Source of the DNA: a virus
Taxonomy: Duplodnaviria; Heunggongvirae; Uroviricota; Caudoviricetes
IMG/VR virus record: IMGVR_UViG_2565956716_000007
DNA length: 37,804 nt
Direction: 5' to 3' (one strand)
Position numbers and translations under genes: made by a program. Within the stretch, counting starts at the first letter, position 1. Each line of letters starts with the position of its first letter. The notes beneath the pieces were generated by a model, which worked only from the letters and a program-made list of their open reading frames with translations, had not been told where the DNA came from and searched no databases. This document shows positions 1 through 9,607 of the stretch, in pieces.

Positions 1-483
1 ATGACGAAGAAAAAAGCACATAAACCTGGTTCAGCGACCATCGCGCTTAACAAGCGCGCCCGTCACGAATACTTTATCGAAGAAGAGTTCGAAGCGGGAC
101 TTGCCCTGCAAGGCTGGGAGGTTAAATCCCTGCGCGCAGGAAAAGCCAATATCAGCGACAGCTACGTCCTTCTGCGTGACGGAGAGGCATTTCTGTTTGG
201 CGCTAACATCACGCCAATGGCCGTGGCCTCCACGCATGTGGTGTGCGATCCTACCCGTACCCGCAAGTTACTTCTCAACCAACGCGAACTGGACTCATTG
301 TACGGTCGCGTCAATCGAGAAGGCTATACCGTAGTGGCGCTCTCCCTGTACTGGAAAAATGCCTGGTGCAAAGTGAAAATCGGCGTCGCCAAAGGTAAAA
401 AACAGCACGATAAACGTTCAGATATCAAAGAACGCGAATGGCAGGTGGATAAAGCACGTATCATGAAAAACGCCCACCGTTAA
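1..483 (+). CDS. smpB: SsrA-binding protein SmpB
   Basis: 160-aa ORF whose sequence I recognise as enterobacterial SmpB; lies immediately upstream of the tmRNA gene, as expected. Confidence 0.97.
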
Positions 484-697
484 ACCTGCACTCCAATTAT
501 TGACCAGTTCCTCACCGCGCCTCCCTCTCCGGCGGCGCGAATGAACATCTTATTGGCTATCACATCCGACACAAATGTTGCCATCCCATTGCTTAATCGA
601 ATAAAAATCAGGCTACATGGGTGCTAAATCTTTAACGATAACGCCATTGAGGCTGGTCATGGCGCTCATAAATCTGGTATACTTACCTTTACACATT

Positions 698-1060
698 GGG
701 GCTGATTCTGGATTCGACGGGATTTGCGAAACCCAAGGTGCATGCCGAGGGGCGGTTGGCCTCGTAAAAAGCCGCAAAAAATAGTCGCAAACGACGAAAA
801 CTACGCTTTAGCAGCTTAATAACCTGCTTAGAGCCCTCTCTCCCTAGCCTCCGCTCTTAGGACGGGGATCAAGAGAGGTCAAAGCCAAAAGAGATCGCGT
901 GGAAGCCCTGCCTGGGGTTGAAGCGTTAAAACTTAATCAGGCTAGTTTGTTAGTGGCGTGTCCGTCCGCAGCTGGCAAGCGAATGTAAAGACTGACTAAG
1001 CATGTAGTACCGAGGATGTAGGAATTTCGGACGCGGGTTCAACTCCCGCCAGCTCCACCA
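698..1060 (+). ncRNA. ssrA: transfer-messenger RNA (tmRNA, SsrA)
   Basis: Starts GGGGCTGATTCTGGATTCGACGGG and ends with the tRNA-like acceptor/T-arm ...GGTTCAACTCCCGCCAGCTCCACCA; 363 nt, matching the E. coli ssrA layout. Confidence 0.95.
1016..1060 (+). repeat. 45-bp att core (ssrA 3' end), left copy
   Basis: ATGTAGGAATTTCGGACGCGGGTTCAACTCCCGCCAGCTCCACCA recurs identically at 34159..34203. Confidence 0.75.
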
Positions 1061-1070
1061 AATAAATCAA

Positions 1071-1103
1071 GGGGTTACGTGAAAGCGTAGCCCCTTTTTC
1101 TTT
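1071..1103 (+). terminator. rho-independent terminator downstream of ssrA
   Basis: GGGGTTACG-tgaaag-CGTAGCCCC stem-loop followed by TTTTTCTTT. Confidence 0.6.
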
Positions 1104-1183
1104 AGTAGTGGCGGCAAAATGGCGACAGACTTTTGCGTCCATCTTGCCTGTCGCCATCTTGAAATCATGCAAAGAGGTTTCAC

Positions 1184-1666
1184 ATGGAAGAACTTCACTT
1201 TGTTTACATCAATGCAAATGGTCGTATCGGTGTTCACTCTATACAGAGCATCAGTTATAGCGAAAATCATATACAGGGCATTTGTAAGAACACCGATCGA
1301 ATAAAAACCTTCCGAAAAGACCGCATTCTTAAACAGTACGATTCACCAGAACAAGCCATTCAGGAGTGCGCGTCATTCCTCCCCGAAAACTACTCACATC
1401 TCACCAAGCAGTCTGGTCCGAAAAAAAATACATTCGATGTGTGTTTCACCGGATTTAAGAAAGCAGATAAAGAAAGATTGGTTGATAAGGCGAATGAACA
1501 AGGATTAACGGTAAGAACCTCTGTAACCCAAAGCCTTCAGATGCTCTGTTGCGGTTACAATGCAGGCCCATCAAAAGTATCGGCAGCCAGGATGAAAGGC
1601 ACAATCATCATAGATGAGCCTGGCTTTATACATTTTCTTGAAACGGGTGAGATCCCAGATGAATAA
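1184..1666 (+). CDS. hypothetical protein with C-terminal BRCT-like domain (prophage cargo between att and ogr)
   Basis: 160-aa ORF with AGAGG RBS about 8 nt upstream; C-terminal ~75 aa (FDVCFTGF...GLTV...GPSKVSAARMKGTIIIDEPGFIHFL) follows the BRCT pattern seen in the LigA C-terminus; lower G+C than flanks by eye. Confidence 0.6.
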   Translation: MEELHFVYINANGRIGVHSIQSISYSENHIQGICKNTDRIKTFRKDRILKQYDSPEQAIQECASFLPENYSHLTKQSGPKKNTFDVCFTGFKKADKERLVDKANEQGLTVRTSVTQSLQMLCCGYNAGPSKVSAARMKGTIIIDEPGFIHFLETGEIPDE

Positions 1667-1667
1667 A

Positions 1668-1694
1668 AACCTGCCGTAGCAGGTTCTCTTTCTC
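1668..1694 (+). terminator. hairpin terminator between the BRCT-like ORF and ogr (probably bidirectional)
   Basis: Perfect 7-bp inverted repeat AACCTGC-cgta-GCAGGTT followed by CTCTTTCTC; A-run on the other side. Confidence 0.45.
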
Positions 1695-1911
1695 AAAAAT
1701 TCATATGCCCCTGACCACCTGGCAATGGATGTGGAGGAGCAGTAGCAATCAGTGCGGGTGTCACAATAAACCGGACCACTGTTTCATGGGTAACAAAAGT
1801 ACTCCCGCAGTTAATATTTTGGCACTGGCAGTAACGCTCTTTGGTGCTTTCAGTTACTTGAAAACTGCTCCTTGTGTGTGCCGCATGACCACACTTTGGA
1901 CAATTCATCAT
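1693..1911 (-). CDS. ogr: Ogr/Delta-family zinc-finger late-gene activator
   Basis: 72 aa from the internal Met (MMNCPKCGHAAH...CQCQNINC), the Cys4 signature and length of P2 Ogr; adjacent to gene D as in P2. Confidence 0.85.
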   Translation of the reverse strand: MMNCPKCGHAAHTRSSFQVTESTKERYCQCQNINCGSTFVTHETVVRFIVTPALIATAPPHPLPGGQGHMNF

Positions 1912-1979
1912 ATCCAGATCCCTACCTTTGCTATCAGAATCATTGTAATGATACACAAAATATCAATATTGAGAACACT

Positions 1980-3080
1980 TTATTCCATTTCAAGATCATC
2001 AATCTTCACTTCGAGTTCAATACTGGTTGTAAAACCGTTATCCGGGCTGACGGTATGTGTCAGAGTCGTAATGGTCCATTCCGCATCATCTATCGGCTGT
2101 TTAAAACCACTGACCTTCACAGGCATTTCCGTGTAGAGATCTGCCCGCCCTTCCGCCAGTTGTAGCGAGAATGACGCAACGCCACGTTGCAGGCGTTCCC
2201 ACTGCATTTTCGCTGCCCGTTCAGCGTTGCTCCGGTTGGCATAAGTGCGATTAAGTACCAGCACGTTTTCATCCGTCCCCACCAGGTAATCGCCCTGCTT
2301 CGCTTCCGGCTCTTTCTTCTGCTTCTTAGTCCTGCGCTTACGCTTCACCGTAGTGCTTTCTTTCTTCGCGGGTTCGCGGGTATGCAACCAGCTGGCAATT
2401 ACCCCCGTGTAAGCTCCGCGATCTGCCAGGGTAAAGCGGTGACTGTCGCCGTCCTTACGTGTGATAGTAATCACCGGCAGTGGTTTACCGCTGGCGCTTT
2501 TGCCCTGTCCCTGCCGGATGAATAACAGATTGCCATTTTTCACCGATGCAATGGCACCGTACTGGCGCGCCAGCCGCATCAAAAAACTGCCGTCACTCTC
2601 ATTAGTCTGGTCTATATGCTCCACGGGCTTATCCGACAGGTCTTTACCCAGTGCCATCTTCAGCTTGTGCCGCGCGGCTATTTCCTTCACCACTTCCCCG
2701 ATGGTGGTGTTATGCCACGATTTTTCACGGCGGGTATTCAGCGTTTCCCGAAAATCAGCACTTCGCGCCCGGATAGTCAGGCGGTCCGGTGCGCCAGTGT
2801 GTTCAATCTCGTCCACCGTGAATGCCCCTTTCGGGAAAAGCGGCTGCCCCTTCCAGCCCAGCGCCAGCGTAATGACCGCACCACGGCGCGGCAGCACGAT
2901 TTTTCCGTCGGCGTCGTCCAGCTCCAGATCAAGCTGGTCCGCTTCAAAGCCCCGATTGTCCGTCAGCGTCAGACTCATCAGGCGGTTATCCAGCACAGTG
3001 GTGATATCCTTCCCCTCAATACTGATGCTGAATGCGGGAGTTTTGTTTCCTTTGTTAAGCAGTTCAGAGCTGAAATTCAC
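1980..3080 (-). CDS. D: tail protein gpD (P2 D-like)
   Basis: 366-aa ORF at the P2 gene D position (after U, before ogr); overlaps U by 4 nt. Confidence 0.8.
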   Translation of the reverse strand: MNFSSELLNKGNKTPAFSISIEGKDITTVLDNRLMSLTLTDNRGFEADQLDLELDDADGKIVLPRRGAVITLALGWKGQPLFPKGAFTVDEIEHTGAPDRLTIRARSADFRETLNTRREKSWHNTTIGEVVKEIAARHKLKMALGKDLSDKPVEHIDQTNESDGSFLMRLARQYGAIASVKNGNLLFIRQGQGKSASGKPLPVITITRKDGDSHRFTLADRGAYTGVIASWLHTREPAKKESTTVKRKRRTKKQKKEPEAKQGDYLVGTDENVLVLNRTYANRSNAERAAKMQWERLQRGVASFSLQLAEGRADLYTEMPVKVSGFKQPIDDAEWTITTLTHTVSPDNGFTTSIELEVKIDDLEME

Positions 3081-3562
3081 GACAGCAGCCCTCCCACCGT
3101 TTTACTGATATCGCTTAAGGCAGACGTTGCCGTGTCCTGCAGATTATTCAGTTGAGTACTGAGATCACCGAACATATCGGACAGGGATTCATCCACCCGT
3201 TTTAGCGAAAGGGTGAACTCAATCCTGCGCGGCATACCGTCGCGGAAAAACTCCGTTTTAGTCTGATTCAGTCCCTCAATCACATACATGCCGTAAATCG
3301 TGCCGCTGCCTTCAATCAGGGGCCATGCTTTCCCCTGTTCTGCCATCTGCTCCAGTGCCAGCAACGACAGCCTGCCGCCTGTTATCTCCGGCATAAGAAC
3401 ACCGGAAAGCGTCAGCATGTCGTTTTCCGGTCCCAGAAACTGCGTGGACGGACGACGGTTTACCCGGCTGTTTGCCGCATGTCGCCAGCTGCGTTGATAC
3501 TGCAGTTCCTGATACGGAACGGTGCGCAGCATAAACACGTACAATCCCAGCACCATCATCAT
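3077..3562 (-). CDS. U: tail protein gpU
   Basis: 161-aa ORF with P2 U-like size and position, translationally coupled to T and D. Confidence 0.75.
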   Translation of the reverse strand: MMMVLGLYVFMLRTVPYQELQYQRSWRHAANSRVNRRPSTQFLGPENDMLTLSGVLMPEITGGRLSLLALEQMAEQGKAWPLIEGSGTIYGMYVIEGLNQTKTEFFRDGMPRRIEFTLSLKRVDESLSDMFGDLSTQLNNLQDTATSALSDISKTVGGLLS

Positions 3563-6500
3563 GCGTCGTATCCCCCCTGATCGCTGTAGTTACTCCTGGC
3601 TTTTGCCTTCAGCCTGCGTTCACGTTCATCAAGCTGGCGTGCCACCTCCCGCGCAATATCCTGCGCACTTTGTCCTGGCTGCGTCTGAATGATGATCTGC
3701 GTCGGTGCCTCAATCCGTTGAACGAGCGGCACAGTGGCTGCGCGACTCACAATTGCTTCTCCACCTTTCGCGGGAAGTGCCAAAGGGTGCAACGGTGGAA
3801 GCTCTGCTGGCGCGGCAGCAACGCCCATCATTCCGGCAACAACGGCAGCCAGTGCAGCTGTATTTCTCCGGCTGGTCACATTTGCCGGGCCGTTAACAAT
3901 TTCCGGCCCGTTTTCACCGACGATGCCAAACTGCCCACGCGGGATATAGCCGCCGCTGTCATACATCCCCGCAAAGCCATATCCCCATGACGGAAAACCA
4001 CCCGATGGCATCATCACTTTACCGTCTGCATTCACCGTCGCAGGTTGCTGACGCGTCACGCTTTCCGGCAGTTTCGCCTTTGCAGCCTCTTTACTGACAA
4101 TGCCGAGTTTATCCAGCAACCAGGAAACGCCAGATTTCAGGGAGTCCAGCGGATGCATAACCATATTCAGCCCTTCCGCCAGTGCCTCCCCGAATCGTCG
4201 CCCCATTGCCGCTGCGCTCTGCAGTTCGGCAGAGGTCGACTTAACGGGCGTCAGCAGATCAGTAAACCAGCCCCACAGCGCCTGCACTTTGTCACCAATC
4301 CACTGGAACACAGGCTTAAGCGGTTCGAACGCTGCACTGATGGGACCTGCCGCCGCTTTGAATCCTTCCACCACGCCACCGAGAAATGCGGTGATGGGTT
4401 GCCAGTATTTCCAGACAACCAGTGCCACACCCGCCAGTGCAGTAACCACAAGACCTATCGGACTGAGCAAAGCACCTAACAGACCAGATACGGCATACAG
4501 GGCAACGCGCAACATCGCCAGTGGACCAGATGCCAGTACTCGCAGCACCGTGCCTGCGGCAGCCAGCCCGCCGCGCAGTACCGCCAGAGGATTCATAAAC
4601 ATCACAGCAACAGCACGTAAAGCGGATAATCCAGACCGCAATAGTGCAACCGGCGCACCTGCTACAGTTTTCAGGACATTTCCCGTCAGTGATGCCGTAC
4701 GGCGCAAAGACGACAACGGCGCAGTAAGTAAACCCGCTGCGTTACCCGATGAAGCAAGCCCGCGTCGCAGCACTGCCAGTGGAGCGCCAGCCAGCCAGGA
4801 CAACGCGCTGCTAGTTCGTGTTACTGCTGCCATAACGGAAGGTAACGTTTTGATGCCCAGCACAGAGAATCCCAGACGGATGACTGCCAGCGGCCCCAGC
4901 ACTGCAGCCAGCGCCACAGCCAGGGTGCCGAGGCCTACGGTAACCGCAGCCACAATAGCGGCTACTTTCATCAGTGTGCCCGTCAGTTCCGGGTTAGCTT
5001 CCACCCAGCGACGCAACGCTCCCGTAACGCTTTTCACCGTGTACAGAATATCCATCAGCGGCTGGCGCAGCGTTTCGCCCAGGCTGCTGAAGGTATTCTG
5101 CGCTCCGGTTTTAACCAGCAACCACTGAGCAGAAAGTGAGTCCTTGTTGATGTCGGATTCTTTCTGCATGGAACCGAGCGCATCATTGCCCGCTGTCAGT
5201 TTTAGCTGGCGCTGTAGTTCCGGCAGGTTGTTTGCCAGTTTCGCCGCGTCATCGCCAAACTCTTTACCAAACAACATGGTCATGGCAGACAGACGCTTGT
5301 CCTGCGGCAGTGCGTTCACCTTCTCCAGCACACGCTGGATAGTTCCCATCGCATCCTTCGTCATCTGCTTTTCAATCACTTCAGGATTGAGTTTCAGCAG
5401 ATTCATCCCTTCAAAGAAACTCTTGCTTTGCATGGTGGCAATGGACAATTCACGCACCATCGCGTTGGCAGCACTGGCAGCGACCTCCGGCGCAGCCCCC
5501 AGTGTCAGGAAGGTGGAACCCAGCGCCGCCGCTTTACGATAATCCAGACGATCAGCCACACCGCCCAGGCGTTGCATGACATCAATGATGTCTGCCCCTT
5601 TCGACATAGCGTTATCATCCAGATAGTTCAGCGCATCACCGAGCTGTTCAATATTGCGGGTTGGTATTTTGTAGAGCTGGGCGATTTTCCCCAGACTTTC
5701 TGACAGTTCATCCGCTGGCAGCTCAAAGGCTGTTGCCGCCTTTGCTGCCGTACTGGCGAAGGCCAGCAGGTCACGTTTCTGGTCCTCCCAGCTGCCGTCA
5801 GGGTTTGCCACATTCATGCGCGCACCACCTTCAACCAGTGCGGCGAAGTCCACAGCACCGTTTTCCATTGGCAGCTGTTCACTGGCAGCTTTGATGGCAT
5901 CCTGCATTTCGTAAAAACGCGCAGTGCGGTTGCCATTATCGTCACGCAGACCATTGACCTGCTTTGCCACACCTTTCATGGCATCTTCCATGCTGGTATA
6001 GCTTTTTACCGCCGCCATCACTGGCGCGCCCATTGCCAGCCCTGCAGCCGTGGTGGTGGCTCCGGCTCCTGCGATGCGATCGCGCACTTCAAGCCGTCTT
6101 GAGTATTGTTCTCTGGCAGCGTTCATCCGTGCCTGTTGTTCACCCAGACGTTTAAGTGCTTTTTGCTGGCCCTCCAGTGCCTGACGAGTTTCTTCGGCAT
6201 TTTTCTTAAGTTCTCGCTGGGCACTACTGAGTTGTCTGGTATCAATCCCTGATTCTTTAAGTGCCTGACGTTGTCTCTGGACCGCCCCCAACAAGCCGTT
6301 ATAGGTCTGCTGAAGTTCCTGTACTCGTGTTTTGGCCTGACTGAATAACTTTGCCTGCGCGGCGGTTGGCCTGTTAGTGGCAGCAAATTGTGTGGCGAGT
6401 TTTGCCGCCTCTTCGCGGGCTGCGTTCAGGTTGTTGGCTGTTATGGCTAGTTGCGAGCGCGTCTTGCGAAATTCATCAATTCTGCCAGCCTGCTTATTCA

Positions 6501-6636
6501 GTTCTTTGAGGCTGTTTCGGGTATTCTGAATTGCGCCAGCCAGCTCTTTCGAACTGGCCTGTGCAGCACGGAATGGGCGGGTGAGTTTGTCAACCGCATT
6601 AAGAATGACCTGCAGGCGCAGGTTATTATCACTCAT
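3559..6636 (-). CDS. T: tail tape measure protein gpT
   Basis: 1025-aa ORF with coiled-coil-rich N-terminal half and hydrophobic tandem repeats (PLAVLRxGLxxxG); follows E/E' as in P2. Confidence 0.85.
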   Translation of the reverse strand: MSDNNLRLQVILNAVDKLTRPFRAAQASSKELAGAIQNTRNSLKELNKQAGRIDEFRKTRSQLAITANNLNAAREEAAKLATQFAATNRPTAAQAKLFSQAKTRVQELQQTYNGLLGAVQRQRQALKESGIDTRQLSSAQRELKKNAEETRQALEGQQKALKRLGEQQARMNAAREQYSRRLEVRDRIAGAGATTTAAGLAMGAPVMAAVKSYTSMEDAMKGVAKQVNGLRDDNGNRTARFYEMQDAIKAASEQLPMENGAVDFAALVEGGARMNVANPDGSWEDQKRDLLAFASTAAKAATAFELPADELSESLGKIAQLYKIPTRNIEQLGDALNYLDDNAMSKGADIIDVMQRLGGVADRLDYRKAAALGSTFLTLGAAPEVAASAANAMVRELSIATMQSKSFFEGMNLLKLNPEVIEKQMTKDAMGTIQRVLEKVNALPQDKRLSAMTMLFGKEFGDDAAKLANNLPELQRQLKLTAGNDALGSMQKESDINKDSLSAQWLLVKTGAQNTFSSLGETLRQPLMDILYTVKSVTGALRRWVEANPELTGTLMKVAAIVAAVTVGLGTLAVALAAVLGPLAVIRLGFSVLGIKTLPSVMAAVTRTSSALSWLAGAPLAVLRRGLASSGNAAGLLTAPLSSLRRTASLTGNVLKTVAGAPVALLRSGLSALRAVAVMFMNPLAVLRGGLAAAGTVLRVLASGPLAMLRVALYAVSGLLGALLSPIGLVVTALAGVALVVWKYWQPITAFLGGVVEGFKAAAGPISAAFEPLKPVFQWIGDKVQALWGWFTDLLTPVKSTSAELQSAAAMGRRFGEALAEGLNMVMHPLDSLKSGVSWLLDKLGIVSKEAAKAKLPESVTRQQPATVNADGKVMMPSGGFPSWGYGFAGMYDSGGYIPRGQFGIVGENGPEIVNGPANVTSRRNTAALAAVVAGMMGVAAAPAELPPLHPLALPAKGGEAIVSRAATVPLVQRIEAPTQIIIQTQPGQSAQDIAREVARQLDERERRLKAKARSNYSDQGGYDA

Positions 6637-7065
6637 CGTTGGCCCCGCTTCTCTGAATCGCTTTATACCGCCATTCCAGCACTTCGGTCAGCGGCATAAC
6701 GTCAGTAACGGATGGCGGCCAGTGAAAGATGGTGGCGATATCAGCCACCAGATCGTCAACCGTCAGGCTGTCGGTAAACCGGCAAGCACCGACTTCTTCA
6801 ACAAAAAAGTGACAACCTCAACCGACATGGCAGTGAGATCTGCCGGGTCCATCTCTGCAATTTCCTGTGCAGTCAGTGCCGGACTGGAGATGCGGGGGAT
6901 CACGGTCATCATCGCGTTCACATCCATATCCATAATGGCCTGCAGGCGTGTACCGCGCAGCGCACCGGACTGCGGTTTACGCAGCACAATTTCGGTGATT
7001 TCTGTTTTACCGCGCTTGATGGGGGTATCCAGTTGAATAGTCTTTTCAGTCTGCTTATCGCTCAT
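6629..7065 (-). CDS. gpE+E' tail assembly chaperone (programmed -1 frameshift product)
   Basis: After a -1 slip at T TTT TTG the reading frame stays open for 57 codons and stops at a TGA overlapping the T start codon, the P2 E/E' arrangement. Confidence 0.5.
6763..7065 (-). CDS. E: tail assembly chaperone gpE
   Basis: 100-aa ORF between FII and T; contains the slippery heptamer near its 3' end. Confidence 0.75.
   Translation of the reverse strand: MSDKQTEKTIQLDTPIKRGKTEITEIVLRKPQSGALRGTRLQAIMDMDVNAMMTVIPRISSPALTAQEIAEMDPADLTAMSVEVVTFLLKKSVLAGLPTA
6802..6808 (-). promoter_or_regulatory. slippery heptamer TTTTTTG for the E/E' -1 frameshift
   Basis: Minus-strand T TTT TTG in the zero frame of E (codons F87-L88). 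Confidence 0.55.
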
Positions 7066-7119
7066 TTTGCTGTCCTGTAAATTGGGTTCTGGCGCGGTAT
7101 CCCGCGCCGTTCAGATACA

Positions 7120-7635
7120 TCAGAGGCCGAGGGCGTTGCGGTGCGCTTCCATCAGGTCCACACCGTCCACAATTTCCACCATGTTGATAAGGTCCACTTC
7201 ATAGAGCACCTCACCATTTATAGTCAGCTTCGCGTAGCTGTTGGTACTGGTCACTTTGGTGGTGTTGCTTTCGCCCGTCTTCCACTCGCCGGAATCCACT
7301 TCTTTGTGACGTCCACGCACCACAAGCTCCACGGCCTGCACTTCCCCGGTATCGTCACGCTGGATAGAGCCGGTAAAGCGCAGCTGGATACCATCCACCG
7401 TGGCTTTGCCCATCTGCTTAAACAGCAGCAGTTCAGTACCACCAATGGAAAATTCCGTATCCAGTGCGCCGTCATCCAGCCCCAGATCCACATCCACTGC
7501 ACCCGGCATTCCGCCGCCGCGATACTTCTCATATTTGCGGGTAAATTTCGGCAGCGTCAGCGACTCAACGATCCCCTGCCAGTTGTTCCCGTCATTAAAC
7601 AGGTTCAGGTGTTTTAATTTGCGTGGTAAAGCCAT
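7120..7635 (-). CDS. FII: tail tube protein gpFII
   Basis: 171-aa ORF directly downstream of the sheath gene; P2 FII-like size. Confidence 0.85.
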   Translation of the reverse strand: MALPRKLKHLNLFNDGNNWQGIVESLTLPKFTRKYEKYRGGGMPGAVDVDLGLDDGALDTEFSIGGTELLLFKQMGKATVDGIQLRFTGSIQRDDTGEVQAVELVVRGRHKEVDSGEWKTGESNTTKVTSTNSYAKLTINGEVLYEVDLINMVEIVDGVDLMEAHRNALGL

Positions 7636-7644
7636 GTTGTCCCC

Positions 7645-8817
7645 TTACGCGCTGACCTGGCTGGAGAAATTCACCAGGTACTGATCGGTGATGCGCTGAC
7701 GCAGCATCAGGTTTTCAAGTGGCGGCACTGGCGTGTAGTCGTAGTCGATGGTGAGTTTTCCGGCTTTCAGCGTGTCTTTGTCGTTCACCGACTCATCCAG
7801 CCAGCAATCACCACCAATGAGATAGCCCTGACTGACCAGGCTGCGCATTTTGGCGCGGATACCCTCGATAATGTCGCGGGCCAGCGACGGATTCAGCGGT
7901 TTATCCACCGCCCACATGTGCGCTTCTGCCATCGTGTCCGTCAGCACCTGCGCCGTGCGGGTGTAGTTTTCGAAGGCAAAGAGCGGGTCATCACTCAGGC
8001 AGCGGGAACCCCAGAAGCGAAAACCGTCTTTGCGGATAAGGGTGGTGACGTCGTTCTGGTTCAGCAGTCCCGCATCGGTTGCCGGGTCCTGCAGATCCCA
8101 GAACACATCAGCAGAAATTCCGGTGACACCGTTAACGCCCACGTTGGACAGGCTTTTGTGCCATCCGGTCTGCTCGTCAATTTTGGCGCGCAGACCAAGC
8201 GCACGGGCGGTGGCATAAGCCGTTGCTTCGGCATTCAGCACCGTGTCCCAGCCAGTAAAGTCGGGCCAGATCAGCATTCCTTCACGCTGACTGAAGTTTT
8301 CACGGTAAGTGATTGCTTCCTGCACTGTCTTGCAACCATACGCTGACAGGTAAGCAAATCCACGCAGGCTTTGCGCCACGCTCAGCAACTCAGTAGCTAC
8401 CGCCTTCGTGTCGTGACCTGGCACGCCGAGAATGCGCGGTTTAACGCCGAGCTGTGACTGGGCAGATAACAGGGCTTTCATGCCTGTTTTTTTACCTTCA
8501 GCGGTCACTGCTCCGATGATATTGGTCGTGGTTTCTTCTTCCGTTTCACCCTGCGGCACACGCACAACAACGGTCACGGGTTTTGCCTGGTCAGCGATGG
8601 CATCCAGCGAACGAGCCAGCGTGCCTGACTCACCCGCTTTACCGCTGGCAGTCAGCACATCAGTGATCAGCACGGGTTTATTAAGAGGAAACATTTTTGC
8701 ATCGGCATCATCGCCCGTGCAGACCATACCCACGATGGCGGTGCTCACCGTGGTAATGGATCGGGTGCCTTCGTTGACTTCAACAACGCGCACCCCGTGG
8801 TGGTAATCCTGAGCCAT
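7645..8817 (-). CDS. FI: contractile tail sheath protein gpFI
   Basis: 390-aa ORF, first gene of the FI-FII-E-T-U-D block; P2 FI-like size. Confidence 0.88.
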   Translation of the reverse strand: MAQDYHHGVRVVEVNEGTRSITTVSTAIVGMVCTGDDADAKMFPLNKPVLITDVLTASGKAGESGTLARSLDAIADQAKPVTVVVRVPQGETEEETTTNIIGAVTAEGKKTGMKALLSAQSQLGVKPRILGVPGHDTKAVATELLSVAQSLRGFAYLSAYGCKTVQEAITYRENFSQREGMLIWPDFTGWDTVLNAEATAYATARALGLRAKIDEQTGWHKSLSNVGVNGVTGISADVFWDLQDPATDAGLLNQNDVTTLIRKDGFRFWGSRCLSDDPLFAFENYTRTAQVLTDTMAEAHMWAVDKPLNPSLARDIIEGIRAKMRSLVSQGYLIGGDCWLDESVNDKDTLKAGKLTIDYDYTPVPPLENLMLRQRITDQYLVNFSSQVSA

Positions 8818-8893
8818 AGTGGCGAACCTCCTGATTGGATTAGGCTTCGCCCTATGTTGAAGTGATTGTGCCTGACAAACAGCTAAGCGCAGT

Positions 8894-8911
8894 TGTACCG
8901 TTATTCACACA
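8894..8911 (-). promoter_or_regulatory. candidate Ogr-dependent late promoter element (TGT-N12-ACA) upstream of FI
   Basis: TGTaccgttattcacACA centred about 85 bp upstream of the FI start codon. Confidence 0.45.
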
Positions 8912-8959
8912 AAATGACGGTATTTGTCTGCTTTCAGGGATAATCAAAATAAAGCTGAT

Positions 8960-9526
8960 TCAGGGAGATTTATTGTTCTTATTTGCCGGAAATTTTCGAT
9001 AAATGGTAGAAACGCCTACATCAAAAATCAGTGCAATACGCTGTCTTGATTCTCCGGCCTCGAGTAAACGCCCAATCTGTGCCCACTGTTCGCTGGTCAA
9101 CTTAGGACGGCGTCCACCTACTCTGCCTTTAGCACGAGCTGCAGCCAGCCCCGCCCTGGTACGTTCAACTATCAGTTCGCGTTCCATTTCAGCCAGGGCA
9201 CCCATGACATGAAAAAAGAAACGGCCCATTGGGGTGCTGGTATCAATACTGTCAGTCAGGCTTCGGAAATTCACGCCACGCTGGCGCAGCTCTTCTATCA
9301 GCGTAACAAGATGCCGCATACTGCGCCCCAGTCTGTCCAGCTTCCAGACAACCAGCGTGTCTCCTGCCGATAGTGTCCTGAGCAGCTTTTTCAGCCCCGG
9401 TCTGTCGGACTTGGTGCCACTGATTTTATCCTCAAAAATCCGCTCACATCCCGCACAGTTCAGTGCATTGCGTTGCAAATCGGTGTTCTGGTCATTTGTT
9501 GACACGCGTACATAGCCAATAAGCAT
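8960..9526 (-). CDS. serine recombinase, Hin/Gin/Pin/Cin-family DNA invertase
   Basis: Begins MLIGYVRVSTNDQ (catalytic Ser region), has the resolvase/invertase core and C-terminal HTH; GGGGG RBS 6 nt upstream of the ATG at 9526; abuts the invertible tail-fibre segment. Confidence 0.85.
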   Translation of the reverse strand: MLIGYVRVSTNDQNTDLQRNALNCAGCERIFEDKISGTKSDRPGLKKLLRTLSAGDTLVVWKLDRLGRSMRHLVTLIEELRQRGVNFRSLTDSIDTSTPMGRFFFHVMGALAEMERELIVERTRAGLAAARAKGRVGGRRPKLTSEQWAQIGRLLEAGESRQRIALIFDVGVSTIYRKFPANKNNKSP

Positions 9527-9581
9527 GATCATCCCCCTGAATAAAAACCGGAGATGATGCCAGTTAGCCGTTATCTCTGCA

Positions 9582-9607
9582 TTTTCATAAACGTTCAATT
9601 GGGAGAA
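9582..9607 (+). repeat. 26-bp invertase crossover site (gix/hix-like), left
   Basis: TTTTCATAAACGTTCAATTGGGAGAA is an imperfect inverted copy of 11134..11159 (17 of 26 identical, same central dinucleotide) at the junction with the alternative fibre C-terminus. Confidence 0.5.

Noticed and set aside
101-334. 77-aa plus-strand ORF overlapping smpB in another frame
   Set aside because: Nested within a highly conserved housekeeping gene; no support.
2461-3155. Plus-strand ORFs of 215 and 179 aa overlapping genes D and U
   Set aside because: Opposite-strand overlaps of conserved tail genes with low-complexity composition; no independent expression signals.
4100-5128. 342-aa plus-strand ORF (and several shorter ones, 3670..4479) inside the tape measure gene
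   Set aside because: Antisense shadow ORFs in a long GC-rich coding region; Pro/Ala/Ser/Arg-rich low-complexity translation, no RBS, fully nested in a well-supported gene.
9554-9596. Met start of the 127-aa plus-strand ORF as a real translation start
   Set aside because: The homologous coding sequence begins only at the crossover site (~9597); upstream codons lie in the invertase leader. Better explained as a promoter-less alternative cassette.
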